Shown: positions 1 to 13,058 of the stretch, in pieces
Layout of the letters: the number at the start of each line of letters is the position of its first letter
How positions within the stretch are numbered: position 1 is the stretch's first letter
Assembly (NCBI GenBank): GCA_964016885.1
Contig: OZ024744.1
Coordinates: forward strand, 50,716,001-50,780,000
Direction: 5' to 3'
From: Eledone cirrhosa
Lineage: Eukaryota
DNA length: 64,000 bases
The notes under the pieces: model-generated
Databases searched by the model: none
What the model saw: the letters and a program-made list of their open reading frames with translations, nothing else
What the model was told of the DNA's origin: nothing
Position numbers and translations under genes: made by a program

Positions 1-134
1 AAATCAGAAATCATTATAGAATGCCCGGAAGTCAAGTTCAAACACATGTTTGGCGTTTTCCTGTTGACTTCTCGTCTTAGTATTCTCTTGCTCGTTGCCT
101 GACAAATAGAATTACAAATACTGAATATTATTTG

Positions 135-322
135 GTGGATTGGCAGTATCGGTAGAAGGTCGGATGCCATGCTTTTGCAGCAAAGAATTACGGCCCTTTA
201 TGGTCTGAGTTCAAATCCCGCCGAGGTTAACTTTGCCTTTCATCCTTACGGGGTCCATAAAATAAAGTACCAGTAATACACTGGATAATTGCTGGCCTTG
301 TGCCAAAAGTAGAAACAATTAT
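135..322 (+). mobile_element. tRNA-derived SINE family A; further copies at 5053-5236(-), 13090-13262, 17104-17293, 36121-36225(-), 47560-48140 (cluster), 51133-51311, 52394-52584(-); decayed at about 8720-9005, 21618-21755, 26120-26220, 53480-53575
   Basis: Pol III A box tggcagtatcggt and B box gagttcaaatcc; near-identical body gttaactttgcctttcatccttacggggtcgataaaataaagtaccagt...gccaaaagtagaaacaattat. Confidence 0.9.
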
Positions 323-659
323 TTATAATATTAGAGTAAAGTTTTGTATGTAGTACATATGCACGTATGTTTGTGTCTCGATAGGCCTCCATCGTTTTCG
401 AAGAGATTCAGCATGGCACGGTGTGTGACAAGGCTGGCTTTTTAACAAACCACATATAACCGCGTTACATCTATTTAGTCTAATATTGCAAATGTTCACA
501 ACAATCTGTCCCTTAGATACTATAAACACTAGAATTAACAAACCAAATTAGCAAAACATTAAAAGTACAGAACAACATCATAAACTACATCACATTAAAA
601 ATAAGTCTTTTTTTTTTTTTTTTTTACACTTTCTATTGTATACTTCTGTTCAACAATAA

Positions 660-755
660 AGACATTTAATTGCTTGTATTTTTTATTTTGTATTTTCCAG
701 GTAAGACCCTTTTCACTATCGTGTGAATAAAGTCACTTTTCAATGTAAGGTAACA
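660..755 (+). promoter_or_regulatory. Candidate recursive splice site (AG|GT ratchet point) with downstream cryptic donors
   Basis: ttgtattttttattttgtattttccag|gtaaga at 700/701; AT|gtaagg at 745 and AG|gtaaca at 750. Confidence 0.45.
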
Positions 756-2087
756 AACATTTATTCATCATCGTAATTTTTTTAAATATTAGATACATTG
801 GCGTATAAGAAAAAAAAATCGCTTTGGGAAATGTAACTTATAGTGTGAACATCCGGTTAATTCTAAAGTGCGTCTGTTATCTTTAATAATGAGAAAGTTA
901 TATTACCAAATCCCTCCAAATTCCTGATTATTTTCAAAAGTATTTGGAAATCAAGAATAGTCTTTTATTAGAAATATGGTAATGAAAGGTGTTTATAATT
1001 ATATAAAAACTTTCCATCATAATTTTATGTAAGAACCTTATGTTCCAAAACCCAACTGACAATGAGAAAGTTGTTTATATTAATAAAACTTTCCAAATTA
1101 TTGATTATTTAAAAAATTAGTCAATGCCTTTCATTAGAAATATGGTAACGAAAGGTTTAAAGTGTTTAATTATCTACAAAACCTTCCATCAGAATTTTAT
1201 GTAAGAACCTTAAGCTATATTCTTAACACCAGCTTGATGATAACAAAGATAGTTATATTAATAAAACTCTCTAAATTCTTGGCTATTTTCAAACTTATTT
1301 GAAAAACAACAGGCAGTCTTTCGTTATTCATACAGAGTAACGAAAGAGTTAATTTTAAAGGGTATTATATAGATTTTCCAGTTTGTCGTGATCTACCAGC
1401 TCTGCACTGACTGACGTTAAATTGATTAAATAAATAAATAAACCAAGAATGTTACAATGACTGAATTAGTGCTCCTGTTGGTGTTGAAAATGTTAAACGA
1501 CACCACACCTATTTAACTAACTACCTATCAATCTGTCTATCTATCTATGTATCTGTCCATCTATCTATCAATCCCTCTACCTATCTATCTGTCTGCCTGT
1601 GTATTTTACCACCTCTACACGGACGGATGTTTAAATTCAATGTATAAAAGATTAAATAAATAGATAGATATAAAAAAAAATCTATCGAATATAATACTCT
1701 TTGGTGGCCGTTTGCTGAAAAACAAACCCACACACACAGGCAGACGAAGTATCGAATGTCAAATCAAATATATTATCATCTTTGGGGACGGACATTTATC
1801 ATGGCGGCCATCTTTGGTCGGTGGGGTGGTAAGCGTTTTTCAAAGATACTATCTTTTCAATTGACACCTAGCGTTAGTTATGGTCGGCCGTATGTGTATT
1901 TATATTTATACACACACAAAACGTGTGTGTGACGCTGGAACCAACGGGAGTTCCAATACACACAGAGATGTATATATATATTATATACTGATGAAAAATC
2001 TTTTTGACACTTGTATCTAATGACTGCTAAATGCCGAAATCTTCCATTGAAGATGTGTTAAACAGTTCATACTTAAACTATATCTAT

Positions 2088-2489
2088 TTAACTCTTTCAA
2101 TACCACCTCCTCTTCATTGATAAAAAAACAGTTTTAAAGTGTTTGCATTTATGTAAAAACTTTCCATCATATTTTTATGTAAGACCTTTGCTAAGTTATG
2201 TTCCTAACATAATTCTGATAATGAGAAAGTCAATTCTATTATTGTTACTAAATCTCCGAATTCCTAATTATTTTCAAAAGGATTTGAAAACCATAGGCAG
2301 TGTCTTTCATTAGAAATATGGTAACGAAAGAGTTAAAGTGTTTATATTTATCTAAAAACATTCCATATCTTCCAAACACTAGATAAACAAGGAAAACGTT
2401 ATGACTAAATCACTTCAAAATGTTGGTTATTCCAAAAGGATTTGAAAACCATAGGCAGCCTTTCATTAGAAATATAACGAATGGGTTAA
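2088..2489 (+). mobile_element. piggyBac-type non-autonomous element with internal roughly 170-190 bp AT-rich tandem units; other copies at about 880-1355, 3930-4320, 8420-8690, 31870-32190, 51810-51978, 54005-54128
   Basis: TTAA-flanked ends (ttaactcttt...gggttaa); recurring blocks aaaactttccatcat..ttttatgtaaga and tttcattagaaatatggtaacgaaag. Confidence 0.7.
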
Positions 2490-2859
2490 TCCTTAAACGC
2501 CTCCCCCTCTCTCTCTCTCTCCTCATTTGTGTGCCTCACCCCCTATCTCCTCTTGCGTGTGTGTGTCTCACGTACTCGTTATAGTCGGAGAAAATAAATT
2601 ATCACTGCGTATTTTTCCACTGCATTGTAAAAGACGCACGAACATTAAAGAGAAGTTAATAAATACCAATTAATGAACTATATCCAACTTCTTTTCTTTA
2701 ATAGCAATATGCTTGAGAAAGGCGTACGAAGTCACATAGTATTGACTTCACCCCACCCCCACCCACCCTACCCCACCCCACCCCCACCCACCCTACCCCA
2801 CCCCCGTGAAAAGTAATGGCGTTAGGGAAACAGAAGTGTGAGCATTTGTGTTTGCGTCA

Positions 2860-3440
2860 GCCGCTGTCAGGCTGCTAGCATGTGAAATGATAGACATGGC
2901 TATAACACTTGTCGCATTTTCATTTCTCCCGATACTGCCAAAAAGGATTCTGAGTTTCTGAATATCGTGATAACTGGAGACAGGATGTATGGGTACAACC
3001 AAGAAACCAAAGCTCAGCCACCACAGTGGAAGCTCCCAACGCGCCCCCCCCCCCCCCCCATTACGTCAAGTGGGAAGTAAAATCAAGGGGATGCTGATTC
3101 GTGATGCAGTTTGGTGCAAGATACCGGATCTGTGGCCATTGCAAAACTGACAAGTACATCATGATAACGCCCCGGCTCATTCGTTCTAGCTTATCCAAGG
3201 TTGTTTTTAAAAAAAAAAATCTTTAGTAAAGACAGGCATTTTACTAATTCGCCAGGTTCCTTACTCTCCAAGCATAATTGATACCCCAGAAATGCAGAAA
3301 TGAAGATGCCACTAAAAAGCTCCTGTTTTGAAAGCTGAGAGGACATCATAAGCACTGCAATGGTGGAGATGAAAGACATTTCAAAAGAAGAACATTCCAA
3401 ATGTGTTTCAATGTTCGTTGTGTTAATTGTGTGGAGACGC
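2860..3440 (+). mobile_element. Decayed mariner transposase fragment
   Basis: FLNIVITGD..YGYNQETKAQ..QWK; HHDNAPAH; KMPLK; deletions and frameshifts. Confidence 0.75.
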
Positions 3441-3653
3441 ACAATTATCTGTTTTCGTCAAAGTTACCGCATACAAACACACTCACATAGTGGGGTAGAG
3501 GAGCAACCGCGAGCTCAGGTAATTTCGGCTAGTTACCTCCTTATTTCCCCACCTCTCTATCTATATATATATATATATATTATATATATATATATTTATA
3601 AGTGAAATAGAGGATCAACTGCGAGCTCAGGTGGTTTCGGGTTGTTACCTCAT

Positions 3654-3719
<66 letters not shown>

Positions 3720-4634
3720 TGTAGGTGTCACGACAAAAAGTACCCAGCAGACACTGTAAATGTGGTTGGCGTTAGGAAGGGCATCCAGCCGTAGAAAACC
3801 AGCCAGGAACTCTTCTATATGAAGGACACACGCCTCTAATTGGAACATCCGTCTAACCCATGCTAGCGTGGAGGATAGATGTTAATGGATGGTAGTGGTG
3901 GTTGTGTGTGTGTGTGTGTGTGAACTCTGTTATGTTTCAAACCCCAACTTAATGAGCAAGTTATATTATTGATATTATTAATCCTTCCAAATTCTGGATT
4001 ATTTTCAAAATTATTTGAAAATAATCAAATATTTGGAGGGATTTAGTAATATAACTAATTTCCCCATTAAGTTGGTGTAACTTTAAAACGTTCTTACATA
4101 AAATTATGATGGAAGTTTTTAGATAAATATAAACGTAACCCTTTCATTACAATGAAAGACACTATCAATGGTTATCAAATCATCTTGAAATTAAGAAATT
4201 AAGAACTTGGAGAGTAATGCAACTATAAAATGCACCTCATTAAGTTTGAAACATAACTTAACAATGGTTCTTAGATAAAATTATGATGGAAAGTTTTAGG
4301 ATAAATATAAAGATTTTAAAGCAGGATGGTTCCAGGTGGTCTGGTACCTTAGCTGTTAAACACTTAATAAAAAAAAACAGTGACCAACAATGGGTAGCAC
4401 AGCAACGTGGCTCTATTTATTTCTGTGTTGACATGCTTGACTTGTTTCTAAGTGGGCTGCTAAGGACAAGAGCCTTTTCATATTTTCATCCCACTGGGGC
4501 TTGCTCGTTCTCTCTCTCTTTCTCTCTCTCTCTATCTCTCATATATATATCACCCTCACTGATATACACACACATATGTACACGCTTGTCTGGCTCTCTC
4601 TCTCTCTGGCGGCGGCGAGTTATTTGACAATTGG

Positions 4635-4990
4635 GAAAAGTTAGCCCGTGAAATTAACGTGTAAGTAGTTGAGTACTCCACAGACTTGTATACCCTTAAT
4701 GTAATTCTCAGGAAGATTTAGCATCTCAAAGTGTAGGGCAAGGCTGAACTCTTTAATTTATAGTGTAAGTGACTGAGCATTCCACAGATACGTGCATGTC
4801 TTTAGAGTAATTCTCAGAGAGATTCAGCTTTACACAGTGTTTGACAATCTATCCTTTTGAATAAGAGATTATAATTTATTTTGTATTAGAATGAAACTGT
4901 TGTAGTATTACACAGACATGTTGACTCTTTTCAAGAATGTTCAAGGCCACACGATGTATGACGGTTCTGGCCCTTGAATTCAAATGTCTT
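4635..4990 (+). repeat. Three decayed tandem units (about 105 bp) of an interspersed repeat; other copies at about 360-450, 50960-51110, 52900-53060(-)
   Basis: Recurring ctgagtactccacagac..taattctcag..agattcagc..acacagtgt.tgacaaggctg. Confidence 0.65.
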
Positions 4991-6113
4991 TAGCAGTGGA
5001 CAAATCGTTATGAACATTCCCCCAGTAAACTGGACTAAAGACTTTAGTATTTAATTGTTTCCCTTTTTGGCACAAGGCCAGCAATTAATTCCAGTATATT
5101 ACTGGTACTTTATTTTATCGACCCCGTAAGGATGAAAGGTAGTTAACCTCTGCGACATTTGAACTCAAACCGTAAAGGGCCGTAACTCTATGTTGCAAAT
5201 CTTGGCGTTCGACCCTCTGCTGATACTGCCAATCCAATCAGTATTTAATGTGACGCAGTCTGTAGTGTTAATGTGGTTTCATGTCGTTTGTAGTATATTT
5301 ACTAGTGATTATAGTAAAAACTTTAATATTTAATATGATGCAGTCATCAAACTGTTTTGTCTTTTTCACGAATGTCTTGCTAATGTGGTTTCATGTGGTA
5401 CAGGATGTTAAGAGTTAACAATAACAATAATAAGGAATGATACAAATTGAGTGAGTATGTTTGAGGATGTTAAGGTATGATTAAACAAGTACAGGTTGTG
5501 TTTAACCCTTCCTTTACCTGACAGGTAATTTCACCGCACATCCCTCTTCCTCCCTACCCCCTCGTCTGTCTGTCTAGCCAACTCTGGGTGGTCTATCACG
5601 ACAACCACCACCACGTTGTCTCTAATTGATGGTCCAGGTCAGTGAAACATACACACACCATCGCATAACTCCATATACTCTAATCTGGACTAGTCCTGAA
5701 CCACCCCTTCACACCCAAAGTCATGTGGTTCATTATCATTTTCATCATATCTAACATCATCATCACCACTACCACCACCACTATCACCATTATCATCCGA
5801 CCACCACCAACAACACTAATACTGGTGGTAATGATGATGGTGGTAGCGGTGATGTTAGTAGTTATGGTTGTGGAGGTGGTAATGATGATAATGGTAATAA
5901 TAGATACATAGATAATAATAGTGAAGACTAAAGAAAATGAACCACATGACTTGGTATTAGATGATGGGGAAGGTGTAGAGGGAGTGGACTGGTCCACCTT
6001 GGAATACATGGAGTCATGGGATGTATTTCAATCAAAAGAGAGCGCCTTGCTGTCACCCTAATTGATGGTTCAGGCCAGCGAAACAAAGACACACACACAC
6101 AAAGAGAGAGAGA

Positions 6114-6185
<72 letters not shown>

Positions 6186-6699
6186 TGTCTGGTTGCCATT
6201 GCATAGGCACCTGAAAAACTTAACTTAGCGAAAGCATGGTGTAAACAACCACCTCATACGCGATATATATATATTAATAATAATAAACGTGAAGACTTAA
6301 ATCCAAAGAGGGCTCGATAAGGATAAATATATATCAAATATATAAGAACCCTAGAGCAAATATTTATTAAAATAACAGATTAAAGTTTAAGCAAAGAATC
6401 GCTGCTTTCACTCTTAACAGGATCTTCTGAAACTAAGATCCCGTTAAGGGTGAGATGCCATAATTAATATATATATATAAATATCGGATCAAGGTCAATA
6501 TGATCCACTAAATCAAGGTGGTGCGCCAGCACAGTTAGTCTACGACTGAAACAGATAAACGTTAAAAAAATATGGGTATGTGAAAACATTTCTCTTTTTT
6601 CTTTTCTTTTCTTTTCTTTTCTTTTCTTTTCTTTTCTTTTCTTTTCTTTTCTTTTCTTTTCTTTTCTTTTCTTTTCTTTTCTTTTCTTTTCTTTTCTAA

Positions 6700-7975
6700 A
6701 GACTAAAAAACTGGCCCCATTTTAATTTTTGTCTACATTATTCATTTCTTTACGAAAACTGATAAAACTCCGAATATATTTAGTTTAAACATTCACTAAC
6801 TTCTGATGCTTCTATCCAGAGTTACAGTACATGTTTCAAGTGAACCCCGTTTGAATCCATGTATAATTTGAGGGGCATGGTGAAGTTTAACATATGATCT
6901 CCTTGATGTTTTCCTTTAGTTCAGAGATTGTCCTGGGTTTGTTGACTTATACCCTTAGATAACCCCAAAGAAAGAAATCTGGGGGGCTTCAATCGGGGTT
7001 TTGTAGGGTCCACTCCAAATCAGTCTTCAAACTGATCACAGGATTTCCAAAATTATTTTTCAGCTATTCTCGTGTCTTATTAGAAGTGTGAGGGCTTGCT
7101 AGAACCAGAACTTATTCAATAGAGATAGGTATATGGTCTGTAGCTCCTTTTTGAAGTTTTCCATGACTTCCACACAGCGTTCCCTTGTGACTGTAGCAGT
7201 TACACCATTTACTTAGAAGAAAAATGGGCTACTCAAATTTCTCTCAGAAATGGCAGCCCAGACGGTACATTTAACCTAGTGGAGAGGTTTCACAGCCACC
7301 TCAGTGGGTTTCTCTGCCCCCCTCCCGACACATTGTTCTTAGAGTTAAACTTCCACTCAAAGTAAAAGTGGGCTTCACCAGAGGTCCACAGAAAATTCAG
7401 AAAATGTGGGTTGTTTTCCATCTCGTCTAGTATTTTTTAAACCATAACCTTTCACTTGGTCTTATCAGCTACAGTAAGCTTTTGTTTATTCTGTATTCTC
7501 TAGGGATATTTCTTAAGATCCTCTTTGACAACCCTTCTGCAAGTTTCTGTGGAGAGACCCAAGGATTAGCTTCTGCGCAGCGATCGTTTGGGCTCTGTTC
7601 AACAGACTCTCAGAATATCAATAACTTCCAGCGGTAGCTTCTGGGGTCGTCCAGAGTTGGTAGAACGGTCATCAAACATTGTAGTGGGGTTCTCCACTGT
7701 CGTATAGATCTCGAACTTCTTCACCCAGTGTTGTATATTAGCTTTGAAGGGAGTTTTTTCGTTCCAAAAAAAATGTATGTAATTGATCTTGGACCTGCTT
7801 GTACGAGCCACATTTATAATAGTACTTACCACATAAAATCCGGTGCTGGAGCTCCCATGGGGTCTTGTCATCTTCTCAGACGATGTATCTGCCATGTCCT
7901 GAAATCTAAGGTTGATCGGTTAGACAATGATTATACACTGACACGAAACGTGTGCTGGGCCATTTTCTTTTCTTT
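6700..7975 (-). mobile_element. Decayed Tc1/mariner-superfamily transposon
   Basis: Minus-strand peptide fragments SGRP..., EAHFYF...NSKNN, TVWAAIS..PFFF, PPDFFLWGYL..KPRTISELKENI; boundaries approximate. Confidence 0.75.
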
Positions 7976-8152
7976 TTTTATCACCTTGTACAAGCGTGAA
8001 CCAAATAGCACTTGTTGTATTAGTTCTTTGTTTGTTTCACTGTTCATTATCATTGTTGGCCTTGCACATGTGACTGTGTTATAGGTATGTGTACATACAT
8101 GTCACGCACACGCACGCGCGCACACACACGCACACACGCACACGCACGCACG

Positions 8153-8187
<35 letters not shown>

Positions 8188-9449
8188 GCGCGCACTGTGT
8201 GTTATATGTATTTTAAATGAACACAGCTTTGAACAGAGGCTCACTTCAAAAGTCATACATCACCTTATCAGTCCAAGACCTCTAACACCCACTCAACCGG
8301 TTATGTTGACACACACCACACTCACCATGTTCTCCGGCTGTCTTTTGCGCCTTATTATTTATTTAATCAACTCGAATGTCTTTGTAGGGGTGGTAAGCCA
8401 TGACAGGAGAAATGTATCTAATACTCCTTAAAATTATTATGACGTTTATATTTATCTAATGACCTTCCATCATAACTATTGTTAGGTTGTATTCCAAGCA
8501 CCAACTTAATAACGAGAAAGTCAGTTATATTACTAAATCGCTCTAAATTCTTGATTATTTTCAAAATGACTTCAATCTGATAAGCAGCCTTTCAATTGAA
8601 ATAGGATAACGAAATGGTTAAAGTTTATATATTTATCTAAAAACTTTCCATTAGAATTTTATGTGAATCGTTACTAAGTTCTAATCACCGGCTTGTCGTC
8701 ATTATAAGTTTTTACTTTCCAAGTTCAAATCACGCCGAACTCAACTTTTCCTTTCATGTCGATAAAATCAGTGAAGTACTATTGAATTAAGCAACTTTCG
8801 CTCCTTAAGCCCCAAATGCACCCACCCACCCCAAAAATTGTTGGCCTTGCACCAAAATTAGAAAACATTCTTATTATAATTATCAAAGTGGTGCATGTAC
8901 AAAATAATTAGTGTCAAAGAAAATGCTTTGCGGTATTTATTCCGACTCTTTGTGTTCTGAGTTCAAATCAAGCCAATGTCAACTTTGCTTTTCATCCTTC
9001 CGAGGTTAATAGTATAATTATGATTTATTGATATCCTTAACATAAAGGCAAACAAATCGACATCAAACCAACACTGTCCGAAGACTCAGGAAAATATAAT
9101 CCTTAAATTTACACTTAACCAGACCCACCACATACATAACACACATAAATTAAAACCAACCACTTCCTTCAAAACAATATCCAACACACTCCCAGTATAA
9201 CAATAACTAAACCTACATTAGTTACTGGTACGTCCCCATTATGTAACAGGCACTTCTCACGCACAGAATCTGGACAATTACAAGAAATACTCTCCGACCA
9301 CATATACTCAACGATTATAAACCGATAGAGAGACACTCGTCGAAATAAATTACACACACACGCTCATGCATATATATTTATATAGCCATACGTTTGGATA
9401 CTCTATTTTTCTACTCTGAGTTTATAATATAAGTATGATATATTTATAT

Positions 9450-9786
9450 GGAGGCACATGGCTTAGTGGTTAGAGCATTGGCCTTGTAATCGAAAGGTTG
9501 TGAGTTCAATTCTCAGACCGGGTGATGTGTTGTTTCCTTGAGCAAGACACTTTATTTCACATTGCTCCAGTTTACTCAGCTGTAGAAATGATATGATAGG
9601 GACTGGGGTTCCTATCATTCCACTGCAAAGTGGTTGTGGAGGTGCCACGGCAAAAAAGAACCCAGCACTCACTGTAAATGAGGTTGGTGTTAGGAAGGGC
9701 ATCCAGTTGTAGAAATCAAGCCAGAATCAGTTCCCGTCCCACCCTTGCAAGCAGGGAAAAGCGGGCGTAAAAGGATGATGATGATG
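9450..9786 (+). mobile_element. tRNA-derived CORE-type SINE (OR2-like) with RTE-LINE-derived 3' tail; copies at 60750-61093(+), 63190-63486(-), fragment 44733-44840(-)
   Basis: A box tggcttagtggtt, B box gagttcaattc; CORE-like tccttgagcaagacacttt..ccagtttactcagctgtagaaatg; tail ttggtgttaggaagggcatccag...(gat)n shared with the LINE at 60520-60680. Confidence 0.85.
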
Positions 9787-11009
9787 TGTGTCTGTATACA
9801 CACATGCCAAAAAGGGTCTATAGGAGTCTTCAGTTGTGTCAATGGCCTGACAGCCTCTTTAGTGTTGGCGATCTAAACGCGCCCACTACACGCGGTAAAG
9901 TGGTTGGCGATAGGAAGTGCATCCAGTCATAGAAAAACTGTCAACAGTTAAGGACTCTTTAGATGTGTCAAAGACACGTGGCAACCCTCCTGGTGCTGCT
10001 GCTGCTATAATTTAAAGTGCAAGATGCCGCTCCGACAGGTCAGTATCTCCAATTAACTTGGTCTGTGAAAAACTCCCCCAACTCTTACGAACAGGAAAAG
10101 CGGACGTTAAATGATTGTGATGATAAACAGATATAAACTAGCAGTTCAGAACTCACGGGAAATAAGTCGCACTTCTCGTTGAGGGATGAAAAAAAAACAG
10201 CTTAAACTTGATTTTAAGTGTTTTCTTCTTTCTTTATTGATATAAATTTCAATTTTTTTTAATAGTATATAACTACGAGACTTTTTCTCTCGTGACTTAT
10301 ATACCTGGATAAACACACATATGTTCTCTTACTGTCTTCAGTTAGTAGATTGCGGCCATGCTGGAACACCCCTTTCATTTGCTAAATCATATCGACCTCA
10401 GTACTTTTTTGTTTAAGCCTAGTACTTTTGTAGAACAGCATTACACACACACGCGCACACGCACACACTTGTGTAAGTTTGGTATATATATATATACACA
10501 CCCCATAAACACATAATAAACTTCACACACCAAACTACACAAACACACATACTCACACACCAAACAGCTGGAAGTGTTGACAGTACAATTTCCTGTTGAT
10601 AGTTTTTTTAAATCACCCGACAATTCATTTACTTTCTTGTCGCGCTAAACGAAGGTGGTGGGTACGTTTAGCACACCTTCTCTTGTATCTGTTTATCTCT
10701 CTGTCTGTCTCTCTTTATGTTTTATTGTTTATGTGTGCACGCAGCACAGCCGATTAGTTAAGAGATTAATTTCGCAATTATTAGGTTCGATCCCACTGCT
10801 TAGCATCTTGACCATAGCCTTGATCCCTAGTAATGGGTACACTATTATGAACACCTTCCAGCACAGAGACGTCCATAAATACACATGGTATAAGGAAAGT
10901 CGGGGACAGAGATCAATAATTTATTTTGCTTCGATTCTCTGCTGGATGTTCATGTTTAGAGAAGGGCTGAGCTGTCAACTGATTACCATCTTTGTTATCT
11001 ACAAGCTGA

Positions 11010-11900
11010 GACTACCTAAAGCCAGGAAAGCCCACAAAACTGGCATGTCTAGTTCGACCTACAGGATATAGTGGGAATCACAGGTAGATAAGAAACAGGT
11101 TTGTGGATACTATTGCATTCAAATTCAGAGAACGCTTTGAACAAACTGAGGACGTTGAAACGGTAGTTTTGCTTCAGCTGTTAAATGCTGGGGGCGAAAG
11201 TGGTTTGATGTAGCGCCGGGTGGCAGGAGGAACCCTCGTTTCTGACTTCAGATCAGCAAATAAAGTCTTCTGGCAGACCATCCGCCGTCTTCATAATAAG
11301 ATCTCCTCCTCCACACCTGTTGTCAGGACGTGTCTGGGGTTCTCTTCTTCTCAGAGAGGTGCATCTTCTCGGGGTGGAGAAAATACTTTGCTGATCTCTT
11401 AAGCCCGGTCACAACAGCATCTCCTGATGTACATGAGGTGCATCTGGGAGTAATGACTAAACTCGTGGATGCTGAGGTTTAAAGAACTCAGACGTGACAA
11501 GAAGAATGGATTCGGCCCGAGATACACAAAGACTTAAATAGAGACTGACTGACTCGGAAGTGATAAACTCCATTTTCAAAAAGGAAGACGGGAGATTGCT
11601 TTAATTATTGAAGTATCTCCTTGTTAAGCCTCCCCGGTAAAGTCTACGCAAAGTGTCTGGTAAAGAGATGTAGAGATATTGTCGAGTACAAGCTAACTTA
11701 CGAACATTGTGGTTTCCGCTCAGTAGGCAGCATAGGCGACCAAATATTCACAGTGCAGCAGGTATTTGAGAAATAGTGGGAGTATTTTCAAGGGGTGTAT
11801 GCTTATTGCATAGACCTCGTAAAGGCATATGACCGAGTTCCACGAAATATGCTGTAGAAGGTTCTGCAAAAGTATGAGATCGATGAAACTTCTCATACTG
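11010..11900 (+). mobile_element. Decayed LINE (RTE-like) endonuclease-linker/reverse transcriptase fragment
   Basis: DFRSANKVFWQTIRRL; ISLLSLPGKVYAKCL; CGFR...DQIFT; DLVKAYDRVPR; stops and frameshifts. Confidence 0.85.
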
Positions 11901-12128
11901 GCAGCACACATCATTTCCTTAAGTGTCCAACTCTCCTTCCTCTTCTCAGACTTTATTTTTCATTCTATCTTCTGATAAAAAATTTTAAAAATGGTGTCCA
12001 AAAACGTAGTCTTTTCCTACAACATCAAGCGTTAAATTAATGTATTTCTTCATTCCACTGTATCGTTTGCTCTGTTGTTTCTGTTTACTTTTCGCATATA
12101 TATATGTATACATATCTCTCTCTCTATG

Positions 12129-12184
<56 letters not shown>

Positions 12185-12723
12185 AAAATGGAACGGGAAC
12201 AAAACAGAGAGGCAGTACGAACATATATATATATAAAAGAGTATATATATATACTCTTTTACTCTTTTACCCGCCAAAATAGTGGGGTTCTAAATAAACT
12301 AAATTAGTTCTAATCTCTACAAGAGCCCCACACAACGACATGGAAAAGTCCTCGAAATATATTGGGACTAATAAATATTCCAATATAACATTAACTGTGA
12401 TTCTTGTTTTTCTTTCTTCCCATCCTTCACTCAACCTACCGTCACTCAATCTTTAACCGATTTTATGACTGCATTATTGAGGCTTGCAAGGCTTGTCTAT
12501 TATACATGTGCGCGCGCGCGCTTAGAAATATGGACATTCTCGAAAATAGCTGTAAATGTAGCTTAGAGAGTCGGATAAAATGTGTGTATGTATGTGTGTG
12601 TGTATATATATATATTTATATCTATCTATCTATATTATATATTATATGTACATATTTTATCGAAAGACATTTTTTCCAATTCCAACCCGCCTGTCCCCTA
12701 AATCTATCTTATTTTTCATTCTT

Positions 12724-12759
12724 TCTTCTGATGAAGGACTAGCGTCCGAAACGTTAGGA
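12724..12759 (+). ncRNA. Minimal hammerhead motif in a (TA)n-terminated Penelope-type repeat (about 12680-12840)
   Basis: TCTT-CTGATGA-A-GGAC(TAGC)GTCC-GAAA-CG-TT-AGGA; a decayed relative lies at about 11920-12100. Confidence 0.75.
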
Positions 12760-12835
12760 CCCTCTTCCTGCTATAACAAGCGTTAACCTAATATATCCCT
12801 TCCATATACTGTACCGATTGGTTATTTCTGTTTAC

Positions 12836-12916
<81 letters not shown>

Positions 12917-12985
12917 TTGGTTGTTACCGATCTGTCCAGTTCGATTAACCGCCGGTATATCAAAAGAAACCTACATCTCCTATGC

Positions 12986-13058
12986 ATTTTATCTGACGAG
13001 AACGTTTTGGATTATGTTATACATAAGCCTTGCATCTTCGAAATATATATAATAAAAT
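12986..13058 (+). ncRNA. Type I hammerhead motif, related to 22175
   Basis: ATTTTAT-CTGACGA-(41-nt imperfect stem II region)-GAAA-TATATA-TA-ATAAAAT. Confidence 0.7.

Noticed and set aside
1984-2020. Hammerhead-like CTGATGA...GACA motif
   Set aside because: GAAA is broken and the stems are weak and AT-only; could be chance
2751-2805. G-quadruplex-forming C-rich tract
   Set aside because: Simple repeat next to a mariner relic with no evidence of function
5505-5530. Second AG|GT site (cctttacctgacag|gtaatt)
   Set aside because: Short pyrimidine tract, weaker donor and no clear downstream cryptic donor
9450-9525. tRNA gene
   Set aside because: A and B boxes are present but it continues into a multi-copy SINE body and lacks a good acceptor stem
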